Below, piece after piece: positions 26,625 to 35,901 of a DNA stretch of 64,000 bases. This DNA comes from Bacteroidota bacterium. Its GTDB lineage: Bacteria; Bacteroidota; Bacteroidia; JACPRZ01. The stretch covers positions 52,357 through 116,356 of the forward strand of contig JACPRZ010000064.1 in assembly GCA_016193485.1 (NCBI GenBank), given 5' to 3'. The position numbers and the translations under genes were made by a program. Position 1 is the stretch's first letter; every line of letters starts with the position of its first letter. The notes under the pieces were generated by a model. That model had not been told where the DNA came from and made no database searches. It worked only from the letters and a program-made list of their open reading frames with translations.

Positions 26625-28034
26625 ATGAACATAAGTTTACAGGTAGCGGATAAAAAGTCCCAAGTCCCAAATCTCAAATTCCAAATTCCAAGAACCAAGA
26701 AAAGGCAGAATTCCTGGGAATTGGGGCTTGGGACTTGGAGCTTGGGACTTTGTTTCCTGGAATTTGGTTTTTGGGGATTTGGTTCTTTCTCCCAGTCCCG
26801 TTTGGTTTTTAACAATGATGGTTACATGGTAATTGAAGGAGGAGCAAGAGTTGTGATTGCAAGGAACAACCCTGATGCCATCACTCAACTTGGCACCGGT
26901 GGCAGAATTGTATCCGAAGCGGAAACCGATTACATTCAATGGAACTTAGGTAATACGGCAGCAGGCGCTTTTACCATTCCGTTTACCAGGGTAACGCCAT
27001 CTGTTGTCGAGATTCCGCTTACTTTTACAATCAACAGTGCCGGGGATGCCGGTGGGAGAGTTTACTTTTCCACCTACAGGGGGGGGTGGGATAATAACCT
27101 ATATAAACCGGCAGAGATAACAAATATGCAGGGTCAGGATGGCGATCCAAACAATTCAGAGAATGTAGTTGACCGTTTCTGGATCCTGGAACCCAATAAT
27201 TACACTACAAAACCTGCTACTGAAATCAATTTTACTTATATTGACGATGAACATACTGCTGCAAGCAATAGTATCACCGAAGGTTCCCTGTTCGCCCAAC
27301 GGTGGAATTCATCAACCAATCAATGGGGCGACTGGTTCGGTACTTTCGGTACTGCAAATACGGTAAATAACACTGTTTCAAGCGGGGCTGTTACCGCTGC
27401 AAATTTTTTCCGTGTATGGACTTTGGTGGATCAGGATAACCCGCTTCCGGTTGAACTGCTCTCATTTACTGCAACCTGCCTTGGTGAAAAGGCATATTTA
27501 CAATGGACGACAGTTTCCGAAAGCAATAATGATTATTTTACTATTGAACGCCTTACTACTGACCTTTCATCAGATGAAGATGGGAACTGGATTCGTGTTG
27601 GAACGGTTAAAGGCGCAGGCAACTCTTCAACTATACGCAACTATTTTTTCACTGACGAATCTCACCCCTCCCCATTTGGGGAGGGGCAGGGGGTGGGCTT
27701 TTACCGCCTCTCACAAACCGACTTTGACGGCACAAATTCCGCCTATAGTCCGGTAACATCTTATCCCTGCAACGGATCAATGGTGCAGGAATCAATCCGT
27801 GCTTATTTGGATCAGGAAAAAAATATTGCCATTGAAATCATATCTGACCATCCGTTTGAAGGCACAGCATGTTTATATGATATGGCATTGAAAAAAATTG
27901 TCTATATACCGGTTCACGCTCCCGGAGGCATTAGTTACACGATTTTAGGCGGGCTGAATATCTGTCCCGGTATATATGTGTTGTCAGTAGCAGATAATTA
28001 TCAAACGTACACACAGAAATTATCTATCAGGTAA
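26625..28034 (+). CDS. T9SS type A sorting-domain protein
   Basis: PLPVELLSF, WTT.SE.NNDYF.IER, YRLSQTDFDG, C-terminal GIY.L...KL. Confidence 0.85.
   Translation: MNISLQVADKKSQVPNLKFQIPRTKKRQNSWELGLGTWSLGLCFLEFGFWGFGSFSQSRLVFNNDGYMVIEGGARVVIARNNPDAITQLGTGGRIVSEAETDYIQWNLGNTAAGAFTIPFTRVTPSVVEIPLTFTINSAGDAGGRVYFSTYRGGWDNNLYKPAEITNMQGQDGDPNNSENVVDRFWILEPNNYTTKPATEINFTYIDDEHTAASNSITEGSLFAQRWNSSTNQWGDWFGTFGTANTVNNTVSSGAVTAANFFRVWTLVDQDNPLPVELLSFTATCLGEKAYLQWTTVSESNNDYFTIERLTTDLSSDEDGNWIRVGTVKGAGNSSTIRNYFFTDESHPSPFGEGQGVGFYRLSQTDFDGTNSAYSPVTSYPCNGSMVQESIRAYLDQEKNIAIEIISDHPFEGTACLYDMALKKIVYIPVHAPGGISYTILGGLNICPGIYVLSVADNYQTYTQKLSIR
26655..26785. repeat. Heptamer-repeat hairpin (TCCCAAG/TTGGGAC type) encoding the signal-peptide region
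   Basis: AAGTCCC AAGTCCC AAATCTC AAATTCC AAATTCC ... TTGGGGC TTGGGAC TTGGAGC TTGGGAC. Confidence 0.8.
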
Positions 28035-28964
28035 TTTGAAGGGGCTCCTATTTTCAAAAAGCATCCCTTCCCTCAGTGAATATGCCGATACCCATATTTT
28101 ACTCACAGGAATATTTTTCAGTACGGTATGAATAAGTATGGCTGCGAGGTGAATGGTATCGGCACGGAAGACGGGAATGACTTTGTTATCAAGCCGTTCT
28201 TTAAGAGTGGACTGCACCAGCCATCCGTATATCTTCAGGAAGTCAATTTGTTTCAGTTTGCATGATTTATTGCTTCGCATAAAAGTTTTTTTGTGCACAT
28301 GCCATTCAATGAGGTCGGCCATGGTTTCAAACGAACCGGCTGAACCCACAAGGATTTTCACCGGGTTGTACTTTGCTGCAATAAAAAGCGGTGACAGTTC
28401 GGTCATGAAAAAATTTTCAATTTTCAAAATGTCATCCGCCAGAAGAGGATCGGAAGGCCGGAACGCCTCAAGGATGCGGATCACCCCGAGTCGGAAACTC
28501 TTTTTCCAGAAAATTTTTTCCCTGCCGGCAATAATAAATTCAGCGCTGCCGCCACCGATGTCCATGATGAGAACCGGTTCTTTTTTCAGGGGGACCGCCT
28601 CCCTGATTCCTGACCAGATAAGTTCAGCTTCGCGGTTACCGTCAATTACAGTGATGCTGATTCCTGTCTGACGCAGCGCTTCCCCGGCAAAGTCATTTCC
28701 GTTATCTGCATCGCGCACTGCTGCAGTAGCATAAGCGATTATGCGCCCTGCTCCATATTTGTCTGCAGTTCTTTTATACTCTGCAAGGGTTTCGATGCCA
28801 AGCCGGAATGCTTCTTCCTGAATATGGTTTTTCATGATCCCCCCCCTTCCCATCCCGACAGGTACACGGGTTTTGTATATTTTATTAAAAGAACCGTTCT
28901 CCCGCAGTTCAGCGACCAGGAGGTTGAAGGTGTTGGTGCCGATGTCGATGAGTGCAATAGGCAT
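28020..28964 (-). CDS. ppx: Ppx/GppA exopolyphosphatase
   Basis: IDIGTNT, ATAAVRDA.NG, EAELI, MDIGGGSAE, SLREG. Confidence 0.9.
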   Translation of the reverse strand: MPIALIDIGTNTFNLLVAELRENGSFNKIYKTRVPVGMGRGGIMKNHIQEEAFRLGIETLAEYKRTADKYGAGRIIAYATAAVRDADNGNDFAGEALRQTGISITVIDGNREAELIWSGIREAVPLKKEPVLIMDIGGGSAEFIIAGREKIFWKKSFRLGVIRILEAFRPSDPLLADDILKIENFFMTELSPLFIAAKYNPVKILVGSAGSFETMADLIEWHVHKKTFMRSNKSCKLKQIDFLKIYGWLVQSTLKERLDNKVIPVFRADTIHLAAILIHTVLKNIPVSKIWVSAYSLREGMLFENRSPFKLPDR

Positions 28965-28967
28965 AAT

Positions 28968-30308
28968 TCACGAATACCGTATCCATTTCCACAATTCTGC
29001 ATAGGAGACCTTTTTGCCGTACATCAGTATTCCAACCCTGTACACTTTTGCAGCGAGCCAGATAGATGCCGCAAAGCCGGCAACTAAGAGTGCAATGGAA
29101 ACGGATAATTCCCAGACAGGGACGCCAAAAGGTATGCGCACCATCATGATGACAGGTGAAGTTAGCGGGATGACGGAAAACCAGAAGGACAGGGAACTGT
29201 CGGGATTATTAATGATAAACTGCGCCATAATGATGGCGAGAATAAGCGGAATGGTAAGGGGGAAGATGAACTGCTGCGTATCGGTGTCATTATCCACTGC
29301 CGCACCTATAGCGGCAAAAAGTGCCGAATAAAGAAGATAACCACCCAGAAAATAGAAAAGAAACATCAGCAGGACTACCGGGAAATTAATGGATTGCACC
29401 GCTTCAAATATTTTTGCGGCTTCTTCATTGCCACCGGAACCCAGCATACGTGTATCCAGCCCCAGTTGGCCGGGTGATAGCGATGAAGGCGCGGTTGTTT
29501 TGAATATTTCCTCCGGGTTGAATTTTTTGGCGAGATAAACATTCTGAAATATTCCGACAATAAAAAAAGTGATCACGACCCACAGCAAAAACTGGGTGAG
29601 CCCCACAAACGCTATTCCGATTACCTTACCCATCATGAGTTGAAACGGCCTGACGGAGGAAACGATAATTTCAACAATGCGGTTGGTTTTTTCTTCCATC
29701 ACCCCGCGCATGACCAGCGTTCCGTATAAAAAAATGAAAATGTAAATCAGGAACCCTCCCACCAGCCCGACCACAGAGCTCAATTCCGCAAAACTTTTCT
29801 CTTCGGAACCGCTTTCTTTAAGTTTCAATGTCACCAGTTTGATTTTGGTTTTTATGGAACGCAAAACCGATTCTTCTATTCCCTGTGCGATCAGTTTTTC
29901 CGATTCTATTTTCTTCTCTATGGTCTCCTTGATGTATTCCTGCGCCATGATACCCGGCTGTTTTTTGTAAAAAATCTGAACCGCAGAAATATTCTGGACA
30001 ACCGTAGCCGGTATGTATAAAATTGCCGAATATTTTTCACGGTAAAAATTCTCTTTGACTTCGGCCAGTTCTTTATCGCTGTAGAAAAATTTAAGCGATT
30101 TGGTGTCGGTTATGCCGTTGATGAATAATTGCGACTCATCCACTACGGTAATAAAGTGCACATCGCCTTCCCTTGTTGCAAACCAAACCGGCACGATTAT
30201 TATTCCTGCCATGAGCAGGGGCCCAACAATCGTCATAATGATAAATGATTTCTTCTTTACCCTTGTAAGGTATTCCCTAAGGATGATAAGATTAATTTTG
30301 CCGGACAT
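28968..30308 (-). CDS. ABC-2 type transporter permease (NatB-like)
   Basis: REYLTRVKKKSF, VMEEKTNRIVEII, FAAIGAAVD, IPLTSP. Confidence 0.92.
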   Translation of the reverse strand: MSGKINLIILREYLTRVKKKSFIIMTIVGPLLMAGIIIVPVWFATREGDVHFITVVDESQLFINGITDTKSLKFFYSDKELAEVKENFYREKYSAILYIPATVVQNISAVQIFYKKQPGIMAQEYIKETIEKKIESEKLIAQGIEESVLRSIKTKIKLVTLKLKESGSEEKSFAELSSVVGLVGGFLIYIFIFLYGTLVMRGVMEEKTNRIVEIIVSSVRPFQLMMGKVIGIAFVGLTQFLLWVVITFFIVGIFQNVYLAKKFNPEEIFKTTAPSSLSPGQLGLDTRMLGSGGNEEAAKIFEAVQSINFPVVLLMFLFYFLGGYLLYSALFAAIGAAVDNDTDTQQFIFPLTIPLILAIIMAQFIINNPDSSLSFWFSVIPLTSPVIMMVRIPFGVPVWELSVSIALLVAGFAASIWLAAKVYRVGILMYGKKVSYAELWKWIRYS

Positions 30309-30346
30309 ACTGAATGACAGATTTAAGTTAATTGTGCCATTGACGA

Positions 30347-31258
30347 TTAACTGCAGTCCTTTACAACTTTAATGAAAATATCGCTCATTCTCGGCAGCAC
30401 TTCGCTGAATGAATGAATTTTAACTGCCGGTAAAACCGAACCAAGCAGGTCGTTGGCGCTGCTGTTGTTCAATGACCTCACCCGTGCTTTTATCAGGTTA
30501 TCCTCTGTGTTATGTTCCAGCAATTCAAAACCGGTCCACAGGGCGCTGGTGAAACTGACCAGATTGCCTTCAAAAATAATTTCAAAGACATCGGGCTTAA
30601 AACGGTTCCTGATTTCTTTTACCCCCCCCTCAAGAATCACTTCGGCACGGTTAATGAGGGCGATATGATCGCACAATTCTTCCACCGATTCCATATTATG
30701 CGTTGAAAGGATGATCGTTGCGCCATTTTTTTTCATGTCAAGAATTTCATTCCTTATCAACCGTGTATTTATCGGATCGAAACCGGTAAATGGCTCGTCA
30801 AAAATCAACAGTTCCGGCTGATGTACAACCGTAATGATGAACTGCACCTTCTGCTGCATTCCTTTTGACAATTCCTCAACTTTTTTATTCCACCATTCCT
30901 CTATTTCAAATTTCTCAAACCAGAATTTGAGCCGTTTGAGAGCATCTTTTCTTTTCAGCCCTTTTAACCGGGCAAGATAGAGCGCTTGTTCTCCGACCTT
31001 CATTTTTTTGTAAAGTCCTCTTTCTTCGGGCAGGTATCCTATCCGTTCGGTGTGTGAGACATTTAACGGTTCATTGTTCAGATGAATGGTGCCGTTATCC
31101 GGCCCGATAATGCGGTTAATGATCCGGATAAAAGTGGTCTTGCCCGCACCGTTGGGACCAAGCAATCCGAATATGGTATTTGAAGGAATCTGTACGGAGA
31201 CATCTTTCAGCGCGGTATGGCCCGAAAATGATTTTGTGATATGGTTTGCAGTAATCAT
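30347..31258 (-). CDS. ABC transporter ATP-binding protein (NatA/DUF4162 type)
   Basis: GPNGAGKTT, LSKGMQQK, IFDEPFTGFDP. Start at MITANH preferred. Confidence 0.92.
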   Translation of the reverse strand: MITANHITKSFSGHTALKDVSVQIPSNTIFGLLGPNGAGKTTFIRIINRIIGPDNGTIHLNNEPLNVSHTERIGYLPEERGLYKKMKVGEQALYLARLKGLKRKDALKRLKFWFEKFEIEEWWNKKVEELSKGMQQKVQFIITVVHQPELLIFDEPFTGFDPINTRLIRNEILDMKKNGATIILSTHNMESVEELCDHIALINRAEVILEGGVKEIRNRFKPDVFEIIFEGNLVSFTSALWTGFELLEHNTEDNLIKARVRSLNNSSANDLLGSVLPAVKIHSFSEVLPRMSDIFIKVVKDCS

Positions 31259-31335
31259 CTTGCAGTGGAAAGCAGGAACGATAGCGATGGCGTTACTATT
31301 TATTTTCTGGACAAAAGTACGGTTTCCATGATGAT

Positions 31336-33807
31336 TCAAAACATCAACTGCAGTTTTCCCCTTATCCCCCAGACCGAAATATCGGGATGATCAAGGTAGG
31401 AAAGGCGCCACAGGAGATCAATGCGCAGAACTCGCAGAATATTTTCAACTCCGATGCCCGCTTCAAAATAGGGTTTGTTTACATTGGAAAGAGTTGACGG
31501 AAAAGGTATTGCCTGCGAGTGTTCTACATTAAGATTGCCAATTACGCCTTTTGCCGATGCCACTTCACGGAGGCGCAACCTGCGAAGTATCGGAAATTTG
31601 TCAAGAAAAAATCCTTCGAAATGCTGGGTTGACGCAACGCTGAAATATTCATCGCTTGCAAATTCGTAATAGTTCATCATGTTAAATGCATAATCGTCAT
31701 AAGCGCGGGTTTCATTCCCTTTATGCAATTCAAGCAGCGGATATGGAATCGGTTCCCGGCTGAAAATCCTGCCCGCCTCAAGAATATAATCATTATACCC
31801 GAATGAACCGATCTGGATTCTGTGCTTTAACTGCGCCACTACTTTATGATACTCGTATTCGCTGTTGAAAATATCTTTCACCCCGAGCGTATATTGCACC
31901 TGCAGAACGGGTTTGGTGGTACCCACGCTCATCCTTTCAAACTCTCCTTCAATATATCGTTCATCTTTGGCGAAACGGGTGTAGAGGGTGACTTCGGAGG
32001 TAGTTATATACCTGTCCGGAGCGCTATTTTCCGTTGGCTTCCATATCTGAGATACACGGTGCAAAAAGAAAAATTTATTCGAAAAACCGGGATACCATTC
32101 CCGTTCATAATGCGCCTGGTATTCTTGTATGGAAGTGAGTTTTGATTGAGGATTCCTTCGGAAAACCGATGCAAGAATATTATCTTCAAGAAATGCATTA
32201 CTGCTCTGCCCCACCTGCTCAAGGTCATTTTCGTACGCCATACCATAACTGATGCGCGGAGTTTTTTTGGAGGGAAAATATAGGAACCCCCCCCGGTATT
32301 TAAGACGATGATCGCTAAAGCCGTATGCGAGGTGTCCGTACAGCATGACTTTCGTGCTGAATGCATTGCTTGTTCTGCCGCCCAGACGCAGCCGCGGACC
32401 TTCAATACGGTTAAAACTAAAAAATGTATAATAGGGACCGAACTCGACTTTTCCTACCGGCTTGTAGCCCGTGATGAACATGGCGATGGTTTCAATATAG
32501 GTCTGGAAAATAGGCAGCGACCGGATTGAATCAACCATTACATATACCGCGCTTTCGTTCTCTGTCAGCGGTTCATGGCGTACAGAATCCCAGTAATTTT
32601 CATTCTGTTTGAATGCATCTGTTTTTACGATCAGATTATCAGCGGTCTGATAGAGTTCATCCGGTTGCGGCTCATTGATGCGGTGATTTCTGTACGTGGT
32701 TGTCTTTTTGCCGTAAAAGCCCAACTGGTTCTCACCAAGGTTCAGGTCGACCATTAAGACCTCTTTTTCAAGCATCCATTTGTTCCCGATGCGCGCGTAG
32801 CGCTGGCTCGCCCTGAGATCCTGTATGAAATTCAGGTTCACGTCTTCGGCAATTTCAACATCCAGCGATACCAGCGCATACGTGGTATCATGGATCCACA
32901 TCTCGCCCTTGAAAACCGGTTCATGTTTATTGCGCGGTTCAAATTTTATCCTGAAGCAATAACTGTTTCCGATAAATGCGCTGTCCGTGAGGTAAAATTT
33001 ATAGTAAACCCTTGCAAAATCAGATATGGGGCTTACGAAATTCCTGCCGAAAACCTCCACATAGTTATTGTAGATATTAACGATATTCTGGTACATCTGT
33101 CCCATGAACTGCGTTACGCTTTCATTCTGTACGCCAGAGACCTTGCTTCCGCGGATCACTTCTTTGCCGGCACGCGGATTTTTACGATAATAAAAATCCG
33201 AAACCGACTCGGCAAGGAATACCGGCAGGAAAACCTTGGCATTGGTTTCATTGGTGTCGAGATTGTCAAAAACAAAACTGAAAGGTTTCAGTATTTTTCT
33301 TTTCATGAATTTTTCGCTGATATTGTTCATGTCAATTTCCACCTTGTTATACACTTCATACTGATAGTAATCAAATTTATCTCGGTCGTTTTCCCTTTTG
33401 TGGTCAACTATTTCCTTGAAAATATCAATAGCAGGGTTGCCTTTGTACTTTACAACAACTTCCGGCAGTGCAAACTGGAGCGGTTCAAGTGCGAAGTTTA
33501 CGGTTTGTGTTTTGTTTTTTACAATGTACCGGGCATGCCGTTTATATCCTATGCAGGACGCTAAAAGCGAGTCGGACGGCTTATAGGTTTCAATGAGGTA
33601 GTTGCCTTCAAAATCGGTCGCAGTGCCGATACGGGTTCCCCTGAAAGCGACATTCACATAGGGTACCGGTTCACCCGTTTTGGCATCAGTGATTTTGCCG
33701 CGTACCTTGGTGATGGGGGTTTGGGCAAAGCCCCCCTCTATCCCCCCCAAGGGGGGAAGAAAAAAATAGAGAACAAAAAATGTAAAAGTTAAAAATCTGA
33801 GAGTCAT
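31336..33807 (-). CDS. DUF5686 outer-membrane protein with carboxypeptidase-regulatory-like N-terminal domain
   Basis: GKITDAKTGEPVPYVNV, YEVYNK, FVSPI, EAGIGVENI, C-terminal F. Confidence 0.85.
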   Translation of the reverse strand: MTLRFLTFTFFVLYFFLPPLGGIEGGFAQTPITKVRGKITDAKTGEPVPYVNVAFRGTRIGTATDFEGNYLIETYKPSDSLLASCIGYKRHARYIVKNKTQTVNFALEPLQFALPEVVVKYKGNPAIDIFKEIVDHKRENDRDKFDYYQYEVYNKVEIDMNNISEKFMKRKILKPFSFVFDNLDTNETNAKVFLPVFLAESVSDFYYRKNPRAGKEVIRGSKVSGVQNESVTQFMGQMYQNIVNIYNNYVEVFGRNFVSPISDFARVYYKFYLTDSAFIGNSYCFRIKFEPRNKHEPVFKGEMWIHDTTYALVSLDVEIAEDVNLNFIQDLRASQRYARIGNKWMLEKEVLMVDLNLGENQLGFYGKKTTTYRNHRINEPQPDELYQTADNLIVKTDAFKQNENYWDSVRHEPLTENESAVYVMVDSIRSLPIFQTYIETIAMFITGYKPVGKVEFGPYYTFFSFNRIEGPRLRLGGRTSNAFSTKVMLYGHLAYGFSDHRLKYRGGFLYFPSKKTPRISYGMAYENDLEQVGQSSNAFLEDNILASVFRRNPQSKLTSIQEYQAHYEREWYPGFSNKFFFLHRVSQIWKPTENSAPDRYITTSEVTLYTRFAKDERYIEGEFERMSVGTTKPVLQVQYTLGVKDIFNSEYEYHKVVAQLKHRIQIGSFGYNDYILEAGRIFSREPIPYPLLELHKGNETRAYDDYAFNMMNYYEFASDEYFSVASTQHFEGFFLDKFPILRRLRLREVASAKGVIGNLNVEHSQAIPFPSTLSNVNKPYFEAGIGVENILRVLRIDLLWRLSYLDHPDISVWGIRGKLQLMF

Positions 33808-33961
33808 AAAATCTGAAAATCCGCTTAAAGGATTGCGAAGATAGAAAAATCATCGCCTGTCGGCAGGCAAGAAGGGGTTGAAATTGAAATTTTATTCCCG
33901 CTAACGGCACCTTATCTGTCATGTAGATCAAGATTCTTACTTTTACAAAAAAATTTTCACT

Positions 33962-35203
33962 ATGATAAACAAATTTATTGTTTCAGGTTATGTTTTTTTT
34001 GCAGGTACAATACCGGTATTATCACAAAAGATTTCGGTTGATAACCTCAGATCACATATCACCTGCCTCAGCAGCGACTCAATGGAAGGCCGGGGAACCG
34101 CAACAAAGGGCGAACAAATGGCTGCACAATACATTCAGAAAAATTTTCATGAAATGAAATTGATGCCGAAAGGAAAAAATAATTCCTACCTGTACGATTT
34201 CACATTTAAGAAAAATCCTAATCCGCACGATACCTCTACCGTTGATATTCCTGTCAGAAAGGGTATAAATGTTATTGGTTTTCTTGACAATAAAAGTGAA
34301 TATACTGTTGTCATCGGAGGCCACTACGACCATCTCGGCAAAGGGGGGGATGGCGGGGGATCATTAGAAGCAAATTCCGAAGGCATGATTCATAATGGCG
34401 CTGACGACAACGCCTCCGGTACGGCAGGCGTCCTGGAACTGGCAAGGTATTTCACCGCCAATAACCGCACTGAAAAATTCAACTTTCTTTTCATTTGCTT
34501 CTCCGGTGAAGAACTGGGCTTGTACGGCTCCAAAAAGTTTTGCGACAGCCCGACCGTTGACCTCAAAACCATTAATTACATGGTCAATATGGACATGATC
34601 GGACGGCTCAGCGATTCAACGCATAAAGTTGTGGTGTATGGTGTGGGGACATCCACGGATATGATCCCTCTTCTTGATAAAATTCCAAGCGATCTGAAAA
34701 TCATAAAAGACAGTTCCGGCATCGGTCCATCGGATCAGACAAGTTTTTACCTGAAAGATATTCCGGTTCTCCATTTTTTTACGGGACAGCATAAGGACTA
34801 CCACAAACCCAGCGATGATGCGGATAAAATAAATTATGACGGGGAAAAGAAAATTCTTGAATACATAGTTCAATTCATTGAAGAAACCGAAAAACTTCCT
34901 AAGATGAAGTTTACCCCTACCCGCAGTAAGCAGGAGGATACACCTCGATTTAAAGTCACGCTTGGCATTATGCCCGACTATACTTTTGAAGGAAAAGGCG
35001 TGAGGGTGGACGGGGTCACCAAAGGCAAGCCGGCATCAAATGCCGGTATTGAAAAAGAGGATATAATAATTCAATTAGGCGAAAAGAAAACCGAAAATAT
35101 GATGGATTATATGAAAGCGCTTGCCGGATTCGCTGCAGGTGACAGCGCGGAAGCGGTTGTGATGAGAAAGGGACAGGAGGTAAAATTAAGAGTGAAATTT
35201 TAA
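33962..35203 (+). CDS. M28 family peptidase with C-terminal PDZ domain
   Basis: GHYDHLG, NGADDNASG, SGEELGLYGS, NMDMIGRL, YHKPSD, LGIMPDY. Confidence 0.93.
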   Translation: MINKFIVSGYVFFAGTIPVLSQKISVDNLRSHITCLSSDSMEGRGTATKGEQMAAQYIQKNFHEMKLMPKGKNNSYLYDFTFKKNPNPHDTSTVDIPVRKGINVIGFLDNKSEYTVVIGGHYDHLGKGGDGGGSLEANSEGMIHNGADDNASGTAGVLELARYFTANNRTEKFNFLFICFSGEELGLYGSKKFCDSPTVDLKTINYMVNMDMIGRLSDSTHKVVVYGVGTSTDMIPLLDKIPSDLKIIKDSSGIGPSDQTSFYLKDIPVLHFFTGQHKDYHKPSDDADKINYDGEKKILEYIVQFIEETEKLPKMKFTPTRSKQEDTPRFKVTLGIMPDYTFEGKGVRVDGVTKGKPASNAGIEKEDIIIQLGEKKTENMMDYMKALAGFAAGDSAEAVVMRKGQEVKLRVKF

Positions 35204-35213
35204 TAAAATTTTC

Positions 35214-35364
35214 GGTTACTATTCACCCCAAATTACAAATTATTATTGGTCATTGCAATTTAACTCTGTGTAACTCAGTGTACTCTGTGCTCTCTGTGTT
35301 GAAGAATTTTTAACACGGAGTCCGCTGAGATAACAGAGTTTCACAGAGGGGGTGAATAGTAACA
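35214..35364. mobile_element. 151-bp MITE with GGTTACTATTCACCCC TIRs and 6-bp TSD ATTTTC
   Basis: TIR match 15/16; ATTTTC at 35208-35213 and 35365-35370; internal CTCTGTG/CACAGAG hairpin. Confidence 0.85.
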
Positions 35365-35600
35365 ATTTTCGTTACTAATCAGTAAGGTCGTGAAAATCAT
35401 GAAAATTCCCGCCTTAAACCCATGCAAGGTAATAGCCATTGAAAAACATTTAACATTAAACAAAAAATGCAAAATGAAAGAAATCAAAATAAGAATTCAG
35501 TAACTGCTTTCCATTTTTCATTATTCAATTCTTGTTTTATGTTATTCAATTAATGAATCATCTCTAATGCCGGGTTGTGGTATTAAAATTTAAAGGTGTT

Positions 35601-35859
35601 TATACTCCGAACGCCTGCCTGCCGGTAGGCAGGGGATAAATTTCCGCATATTGTCCCGTAAGGGACAAAATATGGTATGCAAAACATGATACCCAAGCAT
35701 AGAGTAGATTTGTGACAATAAACATCTCGACATGGATTTATATTCTGTCCCTGACGGGACAGGTGTTCTTTTACGGTCATTTTTCTACCGATATATTGTC
35801 CCTAATGGGACAAAAAAACGCTTAATAAAAATACGGAAATTTATCAGATTCACAGTATA
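35601..35859. mobile_element. MITE with TATACT...AGTATA ends containing three GTCCC-N3/4-GGGAC REP-like palindromes
   Basis: 29-bp imperfect TIR (23/29 after removing a 20-bp insert); REP-like units near 35653, 35747 and 35798. Confidence 0.65.
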
Positions 35860-35901
35860 GTTGTAACAGATTTTCAAACGTTCCGGATTTTGGAGAATCT
35901 T

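Noticed and set aside
34335-34362. G-rich GKGGDGGG segment in the M28 peptidase as a palindrome insertion
   Set aside because: There is no C-rich arm, and M28 homologs naturally have a Gly-rich HLG.GG.GS loop here.
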